DNA of 64,000 nucleotides from Octopus sinensis (GCF_006345805.1 NC_043002.1:86056001-86120000), one strand, 5' to 3'. Counted from the stretch's first letter, positions 35,419 through 47,850 are shown. The notes: generated from the letters alone by a model not told the origin. Made by a program: numbers and translations.

Positions 35419-38283
35419 AGATTTTCTGGGCAGGGAACACTGACGGGGTCGGGGGCGTGGGTATACTTCTTGCAGAGAAATGGGTAGGTAAGGTAATTGA
35501 GGTAGTCAGAGTAAGTGACAGAGTAATTAAAATTAGATTAGTTCTTCACCACAGGACAGTTACCATCATCTCGGCATATGCCCCTCAGCCAGGGCTACCG
35601 GAAGGACAAAAAGACCAATTCTATGACACCCTATTGCGAACTACCTCGTTGACAAATGACAGTGACCTTCTCTTCGTGGCAGGTGATTTCAATGGACATG
35701 TCGGACGGCATGTCGGGGGCTTCCATGGCGTCCATGGAGGCTATGGTTTCGGCTCTCGTAATGAGGAGGGAACCAGGCTGCTGGAGTTCTGCGATGCAAA
35801 TGACCTTATGGTCTGCAATACCAACTTCAGGAAACTCTCCTCTCACCTAGTCACCTACCGTTCTGGCAGACACACCAGCCAGATTGACTACATCCTTGCC
35901 AGAAAAAGGGAAAGAGGGCTGATTATAAATGCCAAAACCTTTCCAGGCGAAGAATGCACTCCTCAACATAGATTAGTAGTTAGCGACTTTAGGATCAGAG
36001 CTAAATGGTTGCCCAGAAGAAGACCTGCTTGGAGGAGAAGGGTCTGGAAGCTTAAAGATCCTGCAAATGGACAGAGATTTAGAGACATACTACTCGAAGC
36101 CTTTGACAAAATAGAAGGGGATATAGCTTCACTTAATGTGGAAGACAACTGGAGATTTCTACGGGACAATCTGCTGACAACCACTGACCAGATCTGTGGA
36201 TGGAGCAAAGTACCGTCTCAACCCAGAGTAACATGGTGGTGGAACACTGTGGTTGACAGGGCTATTAGACAAAAGAGACAGGCTTGGAAGGACTGGAAGA
36301 ACGGTGGTAGCAGGGAATTGTATCAGACAGCCAGAAGGGAAGCTAGGAGACAGGTTTATTTAGCCAGAGGGGAAGCGGATAAGAAAAATTTGCCAATGTT
36401 CTGCGCCATGAGGATGAAAGACTTGAGGTATTCGTGTTGCAAGACAGTGTGTGAGAGAGAATCGTGATGTGGTAGGAGAGAAGTGTGTTCGCATGGATGA
36501 TGGTTCACTTGCGCTAAATGAGGAAGCAAAGAGAGAGGTTTGGAGATGCCACTATGAAAGGTTGCTGAATAAAGAAAATGAATGGGATAAAGAGAGTCTG
36601 CCGAATGTTGACCCAACAGAGGGACCAGCTATCCGAGTTGATAGTTCCGTGGTAGCTAAGGCAATTAGAAGCATGAAGACAGGGAAAGCCCCAGGCCCAT
36701 CAGGAATTACTGCAGAGATGCTCAAAATATCGGCAGTGTCGGCTATAGCCTAGTCACCCGTATAGTTAATCAGGTGATACACGAAGGAGTCATACCCAAT
36801 GACTGGTGTAGCAGCGTACTAGTCAACTGCTACAAAGGTAAAGGTGATGCCCTAGATACAAATAATTACAGAGGTATCAAGCTGTTGGATCAGGTAAGGA
36901 AGGTTACGGAGAGGGTCATAGCCCAACAAATTAGAGAGAGAGTTAGTTAGATGAGATGCAGTTTGGGTTTGTGCCAGGGAAAAGCACCACTGATGCTATA
37001 TTCCTGGTAAGGCAGCTGCAGGAGAAATACCTAGCCAAAGATAGGCCCCTGTACCTGGCTTTCGTTGACATGGAGAAAGCCTTTGATAGGGTCCCCCGAT
37101 CCCTCATCTGGTGGTCAATGAGGAAACTAGGGATAGATGAATGGCTGGTGAGGGCTGTGCAAGCCATGTACAGAGATGCCGTAAGCAAGGTTAGGGTTGG
37201 CAACATGTACACAGAAGAATTCAAAGTAGAGGTTGGGGTCCACCAGGGTTCAGTACTCAGCCCCCTCCTATTTATCATAGTCCTCCAGGCAATAACAGAG
37301 AATTCAAGACAGGTTGCCCCTGGGAGCCCCTCTATGCTGACGACCTCGCTCTAATTGCTGAGTCACTATCAGAACTGGAGGAGAAGTTCCAGGTGTGGAA
37401 GGAGGGTTTAGAATCGAGGGGCCTTAGAGTCAACCTAGCTAAAACCAAAGTACTAATAAGTAGAAAGGTAGGCAATCCACAAATGTCCTCAGGAAGATGG
37501 CCCTGCTCGATCTGTAGAAAAGGTGTAGGTAGAAACTCTATAAGATGTACCCAGTGTAAGCTATGGACACATAAGAGGTGCAGCAATGTCAAAGGTAGGC
37601 TAACTGGGAAGACAGTCTTTATATGTGGCAGATGCTCGGGAGCATTGACCTCCGAAAATCTGCAGAAAACAACTTCCGTCACTTTCCAGGGGAAAAATTA
37701 GAAGTAGTTGATAGCTTCCGTTATCTAGGTGACCAAGTCAGTAGTGGGGGTGGGTGCGCTGAGAGGTGTAACTGCTAGAATAAGAATAGCCTGGGCAAAG
37801 TTTAGGGAGCTCTTACCTCTGCTGGTGACTAAAGGCCTCTCGCTCAGAGTAAAGGGCAGACTGTATGATGCATGTGTTCGAACTGCCATGCTACATGGCA
37901 GTGAAACATGGGCCGTGACTGCTGAGGACATGCGTAAGGAATGAAGCCAGTATGCTCCGATGGATGTATAATGTCAGTGTACTTACTCGACAGAGTGTTA
38001 GTTCCCTAAGAGAAATGTTGTACCTAAGAAGCATCAGTTGTTGTGTGCAAGAGAAACGATTGCGATGGTATGGTCATGTGGCGAGAATGAGAATGATGAA
38101 GATAGGTGTGTGAGAAAGTGCCAATCCCTAGCAGTTGAGGGAACCCGTGGAAGAGGTAGACCCAGGAAAACCTGGGACGAGGTGGTGAAGCACGACCTTC
38201 GAACATTAGGTCTCACCATGGAAATGACCAGAGACCGAGACCTATGGAAGTATGCTGTGCGTGAGAAGACCCGGCAAGACTAG
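35416..38283 (+). pseudogene. RTE ORF (endonuclease/reverse transcriptase) broken by small indels
   Basis: ORF-track segments 35457-36467, 36451-36753, 36956-37354, 37393-37701, 37729-37944 and 38038-38283 join into one polyprotein. Confidence 0.92.
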
Positions 38284-38449
38284 TGAAGCCATAACCCGTG
38301 GCCCCTACCTGGGGCGTAGTCAGTCCGCTGTGCATACCTTCCTGCTTGTGACACTTGTGAAGACCTGTTGAGGCAAGTCAAATCGAATCAAGTCAAACCA
38401 AATCAAAATAGATGAACATCAATGGAATTTGTATCCTTGTGGTACCAGT

Positions 38450-38940
38450 GCCGGTGGCACATAAGAAAACATCCGAACGGGACCGTAGCCAGTACCGCAT
38501 CGACTGGCCTCCGTCCTGTGGGCACGTAACAAACACCGTCCGAGCGTGGCCATCTGCCAGCCTCATCTGGCACCTTGTCGGGGGCACATAAAAACACTAT
38601 CCGAGCGTGGCGTCTGCCAGCCTCGTCTGGCACCTGTGTGGTGGCACATAAAAACACCATCCGAGCATGGCCGTCTGGCACCTGTGTCGGTGGCACATAA
38701 AAACACCATCCGAGCGTGGCCGTCTGCCAGCCTCGTCTGGCACCTGTGTTGGTGGCACATAAAAACACCATCCGAGCATGGCCGTCTGGCACCTGTGTCG
38801 GTGGCACATAAAAAAAACACCATCCAAGCGTGGCCGTCTGCCAGCCTCGTCTGGCACCTGTGTCGGTTGCACATAAAACACATCCGAGCGTGGCCGTTCG
38901 CCAGCCTCGTCTGGCACCTGTGTCGGTGGCACATAAAATC
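38450..38940 (+). repeat. GC-rich minisatellite (~48 and ~62 bp unit variants) in the RTE 3' UTR
   Basis: Repeated GGCACATAAAAACACCATCCGAGCGTGGCCGTCTG(CCAGCCTCGTCTG)GCACCTGTGTCGGT. Confidence 0.92.
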
Positions 38941-39110
38941 ACCCACTACACTCTCGGAGTGGTTGGCGTTAGGAGGGGCATCCAGCTGTAGAAACACTGC
39001 CAGATCTGACTGGCCTGGTGCAGCCTTCGGGCTCCCCAGACCCCAGTTGAACCGTCCAACCCATGCTAGCATGGAAAGCGGACGTTAAACGATGATGATG
39101 ACGATGACGA

Positions 39111-39562
39111 TACACATAAATATATATACATATATATATATACATATATATATACACATATATATATACACATATATATATACACATATATAAATACACA
39201 TATATATATACACATATATATATATACATATACACATATATATATATATATATATATACAATAATATATACATATCTATACACATAAATATACATATATA
39301 TATACCACTAAATATACATTATATATACACATAAATATATATACATTTATATATATACATATAATATACACATATATATATATACATATATATACACATA
39401 TATATATACATATACACATATATATATACATATATATATAATATACATATATATATATACATATATACATATATATATATACATATATACATATATATAC
39501 ATATATATATACATATATATACATATATATATATATACATATATATATATACATATATTATA

Positions 39563-39594
<32 letters not shown>

Positions 39595-39771
39595 CATATA
39601 TATATACTATATCCATATATATATACATATATATATACATATATACATATATATATACATATATATATATACATAATATATATAACATATATAATATACA
39701 TATATACATATATATACATATATATATACATATATATATACATATATATATACATATATATACATATATAT

Positions 39772-39819
<48 letters not shown>

Positions 39820-39863
39820 ATACATATATAATATATATAATACATATATACACATATATATAC

Positions 39864-39897
<34 letters not shown>

Positions 39898-39924
39898 ACA
39901 TATATACATTATATATACACACAC

Positions 39925-39955
<31 letters not shown>

Positions 39956-39966
39956 CACACACACAC

Positions 39967-39997
<31 letters not shown>

Positions 39998-40005
39998 CCA
40001 CACAC

Positions 40006-40042
<37 letters not shown>

Positions 40043-40074
40043 CACACAATATATATATACATATAGATATATAT

Positions 40075-40105
<31 letters not shown>

Positions 40106-40114
40106 CATATATAT

Positions 40115-40147
<33 letters not shown>

Positions 40148-40172
40148 CATATATATATACACACACACACAC

Positions 40173-40219
<47 letters not shown>

Positions 40220-40375
40220 AACATATATACACACACACACACATATATATATATACACACATATACATATACATACATACATACATATATATATATATAC
40301 ACACATATACATATACATACATATATATATATACACACATATACATATACATACATACATATATATATATATATA
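39111..40375. repeat. ~1.26-kb compound (TA)/(CA)/(TATACA) microsatellite
   Basis: Direct inspection; source of the long YI/CV pseudo-ORFs. Confidence 0.97.
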
Positions 40376-41619
40376 TTGGGTCATCCAATAAATAATGTGG
40401 TTTTTTCAATTGCATGAACTAAGTCAGAAGAGGATGCAATAAACTACCTGCATCAACTTGCTATAAAAACAGGCAGTAATTTTACCTTGTACTTATTCTT
40501 AGTGGAAGAGTTGAGGAGTGCAGTTCGATTTTAACAGTTACTTTTTCAAAGCTAATATGGAAATAACAAAGGAGCATACTCGGCATATTCTGCTTTATGA
40601 GTTCAATAAAGGCAACAACACAACAGAAAGTGCAAGGAATATTAATTCAGCATATAGGGATTGGACAAAAAGCATAAGCCAGTGTCAACGGTAGTTCCAG
40701 AAATTCTGAGCCGGAGACTACAGCCTAGAAGATGAGCTTCATTCTGGAAAATCTGTAGAGCTTGACGAGGATGTCCTGCAAACCCTGGTGGAACAAAATC
40801 CCATCATAAAGCTTGGATTTGGTCATTCAACTATTCATTGACACCTGCATGCTATTGGAAAAGTCAGCACAAACTTTCTGAGTCTAATTGTGTGCAGAGA
40901 GTGAATGTGTGCTCTTCTTTGTTGTCATGTCTCATGAATGAACCTTTTTTGGACTGAATAGTAATTGGTAATAGGAAATGGGTTCCCTATAAAAATGCCA
41001 AGTGCCGAAGACAGTGGGAAGGGAAAAGAGAAACACCTGCACCTCAGGCTAAAGATGGTCTTCACCCATGTAAGGTGTTGTTATCTGTTTGGTGAGATAT
41101 GAAAGTTTTAGTACATTAGAACATTTTAGTACATTTTAAACCCAAACCAAATTATAACAAGGGAGATCTGTTGTGAGCAACTTGAGCGGCTTAAGTCAGC
41201 GCTAGAAGAAAAACGACCATCTTTGGTTTCTCCCATCAGAATAATGCTCAACCACATACAGCAAGGATGACATTCCAAAGGCTGGAGCAGTTTGAATGGG
41301 AAACAATGCCTCACCCACCATATTCACCAGACATTGCCCCATCTGATTATCATTTATTCTGCAGTTTTCAAAATCATTTGGATGGAAAAAATATAAATTA
41401 TGTAGACAAGGTCAGAACAGTACTGGAGGAGTATTTTTCATCATGGACAAATGAATTTTGGAAGAGAGGCTTTGCAAGTCTACCAGATAGATGAAACAGC
41501 ATTATAGAAAATATAGGAGAGTATATTTTAGATTAAAAAGAATTTTGTTTATCTCAAGTCAGCACTAGAAGAATAAAATAAAAGTGTTAAAGAACTGCAT
41601 TATTTATGGGGTGACCCAA
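40376..41619 (+). mobile_element. Second defective mariner copy, same family as 2104-3389
   Basis: TA|TTGGGTCATCCAATAAATAATG ... CATTATTTATGGGGTGACCCAA|TA; HPPYSPDIAPSDYHLF; internal deletions. Confidence 0.95.
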
Positions 41620-41745
41620 TATATATATATATTTTTAGATAGAGAGATAGATAGATATATAGATAGATACATACATATAGAGGTAGATAGATAGATAGAC
41701 AAATAGATATTGATATCTATCTATAGTTATAAATATATACACATT

Positions 41746-41787
<42 letters not shown>

Positions 41788-41791
<4 letters not shown>

Positions 41792-41913
41792 AGTGATCAC
41801 ACACAGTGACCGACCAGGCTATCAGATGTTGCTACACATCGCTGGTCACAATGCGCTTCGCATTGTTTTAGCCTTCAAATGATGTCACCCCACTGGCTAA
41901 GCGAGCAGGCCAA
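41788..41913 (-). mobile_element. ~120-bp structured module in (TA)n (copy 2)
   Basis: Reverse complement homologue of 30708-30826 with the same TTGGCCTG boundary. Confidence 0.85.
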
Positions 41914-41924
41914 TATATATATAT

Positions 41925-42079
41925 AAGAAATAATTGGGATTCAGTTGAATTAGGTACTTAAGTTGAAGCACCAAGTCAGTCTAGTACTATATACACAGCT
42001 TTTAAGGCGAATAAAATCAAAATAAGCAACTGTCCTACTGGATTACTACTTGATATCCTGTTGCTTATTTTGATTTTAT
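41925..42079. repeat. Asymmetric fold-back insertion in (TA)n, 20-bp arms; same family as 57653-57827
   Basis: 42011-42030 / 42060-42079 perfect; shared tail GATTCAGTTGAAT..GGTA.TTAAGTT.AAG.CACCA. Confidence 0.78.
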
Positions 42080-42493
42080 ATATATATATATATATAAACA
42101 CACACATATACATTCTCACATACATACATATATATGTGTAAGTGTGTATATGTGTGTGTATTCACACAGACAAACACACTACAAAATGGGAAAAAATACA
42201 TTAAATGTCATAAGATTAATTTTTGACATATTCAGATTAGCTTTGCTTTGAGAGAAGGTAAAGAAAACTATATTGCTATTTGTGACCAATGCCAAATTAG
42301 GGAGAAAGATGATCTAAGGAATCAACAATTCTCCCAGAGTTAACATGTCATCTAGGAAAAGACTTACTTTTCTGGAGACAAAATAATAGATGTGAAATTG
42401 TGTTTCTGTTTCATAAAGCCTCATCTGCAAAGCCATTGTCCCACTTTGACACCAACTATGTATAAAACTGAAGACATATGCATATCTATTTTA

Positions 42494-42699
42494 GAATCGT
42501 TAGCACGCCGGGCGAAATGCATAGCCGCATTTCGTCTGCCGTTACATTCTGAGTTCAAATTCCGCCGAGGTCGACTTTGCCTTTCATCCTTTCGGGGTCG
42601 ATAAATAAAGTACCAGTTTCACACTGGGGTCAATGTAATCGACTTAATCTCTTTGTCTGTCCCCTCTGTGTTTAGCCCCCTGTGGGCAGTAAAGAAATA
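42494..42699 (+). mobile_element. SINE family B
   Basis: Homology to the other family B copies. Confidence 0.88.
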
Positions 42700-42779
42700 T
42701 ATTTTAGAAAGAATTGCAACCTCATTAGAGAAGATGCATACTTACATATGAATGCATGCACATGCACACATACACATAT

Positions 42780-44265
42780 GTAGTCAATCAGGTTATACAG
42801 GAAGTTGTCATATCCAATGACTAGCATAGTAGTGTCAACATCAACTGTTACAAAAAGAAATGCCTTAGAGAGAGAGTTAATCACAGAGGTAGCAATTTGC
42901 TGGACCAGGTCATTAAATTTACACAAAGATTTGTAGCTCAACTGATTAGGAAGAGAGTTAGCCTAGATGAGATGCATTTCAGTACTTTGCCAGGAAGAAG
43001 TACCGTTGATGTTATCTTTCTCGTGAGACACCAGCAAAAAAAATGTACTTAACTAAAAGTATGTCACTGTACCAAGTGCTTGTCTGAGAAAGCTTTCAAA
43101 AGGACTCTTCATTCTGCTGAAGAAGCTAGGCAGCAGAGGTACTGTTAGTAAGGTGAGAATCAGCAATGAAAACAGCAAGGTATTTAGTGTAGAGGTAGGG
43201 ATCCATCTAAGCTCGCCTCTCAGTCACCTATAGCTCACCAGCACATTAACAAAAGTGTTTGAAACTGGATGTCCGTAGGAGTGCTGATATGCCATTAACC
43301 ACATTCTTATAACTGAATCTGTGGAAGGATAAGAGAAGAAATTTCAGGTTTGAAAGCAAAACCTGGAATTAAATAGTCTCAAAGTTAACTTGGTACAGAC
43401 TAAAGTGTATGTAGGAATATAGACAGCACCCTGCTCTTTTATCAGGGTAATGGGACTTGTTCAAGATGTGAAGAGTGGGTAGAAGTTCCATTAGGTGAAT
43501 TCAATGCAAACAATGAAAACACATGAAGTGCAGTGATATATTTGTAGGGTCGAAAGAGAAAACAAACTTTGTAATGAGGCAAATGTGCAGGAGCAATAAA
43601 TACTAAAAATACCATCATCATCATCGTTCAACGTCTGCTTTCCATGCTAGCATGGGTTGGACGATTTTGACTGAGAGCTGGCGAACAAGATGGCTGCACC
43701 AGGCTCCAATCTTGATCTGGCAGAGTTTCTACAGCTGGATGCCCTTCCTAACGCCAACCACTCCGAGAGTGTAGTGGGTGCTTTTTACGTGCCACCAGCA
43801 TGAGGGCCAGTCAGGCGGTACTGGCAACGACCTCGCTCGAATCCTTTTACACTTGCCACCAGTACAGGTGCCAGTAAGGTGACTTTGGTAACGATCACGC
43901 TCAAATGGTGCCTTTTACGTGCCACTGGCACGGGAGCCAGTTGGCTGCTCTGGCAACGATCACGCTCGGATGGTGCTCTTGGCACCCTACTAGCATGGGC
44001 ACAAGTGCCAGTAAGGCAACGCTGGTAACGATCACGCTCGAATGGTGCCCTTTGAGTGCCACTGGCACGAAAGCCAGTTAGCCGCTCTGTCAATGATCAC
44101 TGATCACAATCGTATGGTGCTCTTTGCAACCTGCTACAATGAATGTAGAATATAGACCAGGAGGATCTCTACATGTAATAGATTGTTTCTGTTACCTAGA
44201 TGACCTAATTAGCAGTGGAAGAGGATACTCTGATAGTGTAGCAGCTAGAGTAAGAACAGGCTGTT
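42780..44265 (+). pseudogene. Decayed RTE LINE RT/PHD region, interrupted by an inverted RTE tail
   Basis: Colinear with 36760-37790 (IRKRVSLDEMHF, STVDVIFLVR, EKAF, YLDDLISSGRG, ARVRTG). Confidence 0.78.
43613..44135 (-). mobile_element. RTE 3' UTR-derived element with variant minisatellite
   Basis: (CAT)n then CTTTCCATGCTAGCATGGGTTGGAC...GCCCTTCCTAACGCCAACCACTCCGAGAGTGTAGTGGGTG, then repeats of ACGATCACGCTCG.ATGGTGC. Confidence 0.85.
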
Positions 44266-45116
44266 CAAAAGATTTGAATTCATAGTTTCAAATAATGGAA
44301 AAATACTTAGTCTACAACATTAAAGTTGAAATCAGAAATTTTATCATTTATTATACTAAATTCAACTGTTATTAAAGTTGCTTATACATCAAAACAGAGA
44401 ATGCTTTCATCTGTTTAGTACTTGTAATCATGACCTAATTTCTTCACATACAAAGGCACATGTCTCTAATGTGCACCACTAATAATGGGTGATAAAAATT
44501 CCAGAAAATATATATCTCATACATTATGTCGACATTTTAGTGGAGAAAAGGTGTTTAGCCAGATTTATTATAACTGCTGTATAAAACATACATTAAAAAA
44601 TCACAAATTTTAAATAACACAAAAAGCAAATTCAAAAGTGAGCTTTAAACTTTACAAATGTGTAGGCTGTAAAAGTTTTCCTGTTGTTAGTACAGTATAG
44701 CTGAAATCACACAATTATGCTTTTTGTTCTTTTTTTTTTTTTTTTTTGAAGAAAATCAATTTGATTTTAATAATGATATTCTACTTAAATAAGTTTATAC
44801 TCAATTTTACTATTCAGAGTATAAGGTGAAACATCATGGCTGTGTTGTTGCAGGAGAACAAAGTATTTATTAAGTCTGCATGTTTAAAACTTCTCTAGCT
44901 CTTTTTCAATTGTGCATTTCTTTTAAGAGCAATCTTTGGATTTTATTTTCTAAACATCAGATACTCAGGATCTAGCAACTTTTTTAGTTTGAAAAAAAAA
45001 AAATTCTTTTAGTCTTATGCAATATGCAGTTAATAAAATGTCAAAACTATTTAAATAAAAGAAAATATTTTTGTATGATATTTATGTGTATTAAACCATT
45101 TTTTACATTACCTTAA

Positions 45117-45322
45117 CCCTTTCGTTACTTTATTTATTTTGAGATGCTCTGTGTTTCTTTCAATTACTTTATATATAACAAAGAATTTAGTAAAATAACT
45201 TAGTTATCATTAATCTAGTGATAGGAACATAAATTGTGGCTAAGGTTTGGTGGAAGATTTTAATTCAAAACATTTCTACTACAGAGCCAGAGCCGGTTTC
45301 AGCTGGGTTGGTAATGAAAAGG
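45117..45322. mobile_element. piggyBac-type MITE
   Basis: TTAA|CCCTTTCGTTAC ... GTAATGAAAAGG|TTAA. Confidence 0.8.
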
Positions 45323-45364
45323 TTAAACATTCTATATTGCATTTGTCAAAACACAAGTAAAATT

Positions 45365-45711
45365 TCAAGACCTTGAAGAATTTTTAGTCAAATAAATCAA
45401 TCCCAGTACTTAATTTTTTTAAAGCCTGGTACTTATTCTATTAGTCTTTGGCTGAACTGATAAGTTACAAAGATGTAAACACACCAACGCTGGTTGTCAA
45501 GTGGTGATGGGGGACAAACATAGACACAAACACACACACACATATATATACACAATAGACTTCTTTTTAGTTTCTGTCTATCAAATCTACTCACAAGGCT
45601 TTGGTCAGCCTGAGGCTATAGCAGAAGACACATGCCCAAGTGCCACATAGTGTGACTGAACCCAGAACCATGTAGTTGGGAAGCAAGCTTTTTACCACAG
45701 CCATGCCTGCA
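45365..45711 (-). mobile_element. SINE family A, older copy
   Basis: Diverged but colinear with family A. Confidence 0.78.
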
Positions 45712-46020
45712 CTTATGTGTGAGTATGTATGCATGTGTATGTGTGTGTAAGCTTTATGAATGTATATGGTGCCCCAATATGACAATAAGCCCCTGTTGTA
45801 AAACCAGTGAAAGACGTGTGTGTGTACTACTACATTAAAAATAAATAGATAAATAAATAAGAGGGGACTCAATACATTAGTTATTCTGCAAATGAATTGA
45901 GGGTTCCCTTTCCCTTATTTATTTATTCGTGTGAACTGTTTGCTGGATGATTTTGTGTGAACTGTTTACCGGGAGAGAGATGGCAGACTGATGTAGTATG
46001 CAGAGAATGAGTGTTCAGTT

Positions 46021-46165
46021 ATCATCATCATCATCATCATCATCATCGTTTAGCGTCCGTTTTCCATGCTAGCATGGGTTGGACGGTTCTACTGGGGTCT
46101 GTGAAGCCAGAAGGCTTCATCAGGCCCAGTCAAATCTGGCAGTGTTTCTACGGCTGGATGCCCTT
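46021..46165 (-). mobile_element. Short RTE-tail retrocopy
   Basis: (CAT)n plus CGTTTAGCGTCCGTTTTCCATGCTAGCATGGG...; near-identical to 49597-49754 and 59177-59283. Confidence 0.85.
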
Positions 46166-46361
46166 GATTTCAATAAAAAATAATATATAAAATAAACCTA
46201 GTGAAATTAAAATGTCAGTTTATAATTATGCTTTAATAAAAAGCAAATTTACCCAACTAAATTACTTATATTAATAATGATCATGATGCAAATATTAACA
46301 CAACACATAAAGTTACTGCATTAATCCTGCCTAGTTACAAATTCTGTAAATTTACAAAGAG

Positions 46362-46703
46362 ATACCAGCGTCGCCTTACTGGCACTTGTGCTAGTGGCAT
46401 GTGAAAAAACATTTGAACGAGGTCGTTGCCAGTGCCGCTGGACTGGCTCCTGTGCAGGTGGCACGTAAAAAACATCATTTGAGCATGGCCATTGCCAGTA
46501 CTACCTGACTGGCCCTCATGCCTGTAGCACATAAAAGCACCCACTACACTCTCAGAGTGGTTGGCGTTAAGAAGGGCATACAGCTGTAGAAACTCTGCCA
46601 GATCAAGATCGGAGCCTAGTGCAGCCATCTTGTTCGCCAGACCTCAGTCAAATCCTCCAACCCATGCTAGCATGGAAAGCGGACGTTAAATGATGATGAT
46701 GAT
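46362..46703 (+). mobile_element. RTE 3' UTR-derived element
   Basis: Same subfamily as 43613-44135, ending in (GAT)n. Confidence 0.85.
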
Positions 46704-46799
46704 ACTGTACAAAATATTCATAATCAGAACTAGGACAAACATTAACTTAAATCAATAGAACTATATATATATACATATATATAATTCATTTTTGGAATT

Positions 46800-47085
46800 G
46801 TTTCTTGAATAAGATATAAAATTATAAATAATAGCAAGTAACCCTAACCCTTTTGGATAACACCTATCATTGCCTACAGGATATGTGGCTTTTGTCCTAC
46901 AGGCAACGTTTGACTTTTCTATCCAAAAAGGATTTTCAATCCAATATTTATCTGCTATTATTTTCTGCTTTGTTTGTTCTTTGAGAAACAATTCCAAAAG
47001 AGAATTATTCCATGTTCTCTTGAAAGATTATAAATTCTTAAGATAAAACATATGTATGTGTGTGTGTGTGTAAACATTTATATAC

Positions 47086-47127
<42 letters not shown>

Positions 47128-47850
47128 TATATATATATGTATATAAATGTTTACACACACACAGGAGCCACCTGTTTGATATATCAGATGATGTTTTCAA
47201 GCTTTAAATTCTGAAGTTGATTTTCCTTCTCAAAATTAAAAGTTCTAGCAGGCATGCATGCATGTCCAAGACAAGTGCAGTTTTATCAACATTGTATACT
47301 CGCTCTGGTGTGCTGATCCATTCAGAAATTGTTTTCTTTACTCACTCAGAATAATTAGTAGTTATTTCTGTATCAGCAGTGGAAGCTTCATTAGTCATTT
47401 ATATGTAATGCAAATTCAAGCATTTCTTAAACTTTTCAGACCAGCTTTTATTAGCCAAAATAAAGGCTTTTCAATAATAAATTTCACCTCTTTTCTTCAA
47501 AACCTCAAAGAGACTTTTGGTTTAATTTTGAATTACCATATTGCTTATCAGTACATTATACCAATTCTGATCCTGGATTCATATGCACAAGAGCTATTCC
47601 AATTTAAACATAAATTTATATCTGAGATCCAAGCAGTTAACTGATTAGCTTCTTGAACACTTGACTTAATTTTCTGTCTATTGCTCCCACTGTACATGTT
47701 GAAGTTTTAATGTTTTGACAATATGGTTGATTTTTTCCTCATGTATAAACCATTGTAAAATAACAGTTTTAATATCAAGTGTAATCCCTATTAGGTTCCT
47801 TTTTGCATTCTTGTGATCAGTTTCACTTGGTGGCTTCTTTCTAAGCATCT
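46800..47850 (-). pseudogene. Decayed Tigger/pogo (CENP-B-like) transposase
   Basis: Minus-strand relics ITLDIK, LE.LLCI.IQDQN..NVLISNMVIQ..TKSLFE.LKK, ANKSWSEKFKK..NLH.I.MTNEASTAD, TPERVYNVDKTAL. Confidence 0.8.

Larger units (their letters stand above)
35416..39110 (+). mobile_element. Young 5'-truncated RTE-clade LINE (APE + RT + PHD-like finger, minisatellite 3' UTR, (GAT)n tail)
   Basis: APE motifs SAYAPQ, VAGDFNGHVG, SQIDYIL, PQHRLVV; RT motifs NYRGIKLL, QFGFVPGKSTTDAIF, FVDMEKAFDRVP, GVHQGSVLSPLLF, LYADDL; RLRWYGHV, RGRGRPRKTW; stop at ~38281-38283. Confidence 0.97.

Noticed and set aside
38393-39088. Repetitive 110-180 aa ORFs on both strands; superficially CRISPR-like array
   Set aside because: Minisatellite in the RTE 3' UTR with no unique spacers; eukaryotic context and no cas genes.
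39085-40415. Long ORFs up to 345 aa (YIYI/CVCV rich), and similar ORFs near 13, 14.5, 35, 52.5 and 57 kb
   Set aside because: Translations of (TA)n/(CA)n microsatellites that lack stop codons; not genes.
42368-42467. Minus-strand open segment ending in a gtaagt donor
   Set aside because: Peptide has no recognisable similarity; unsupported.
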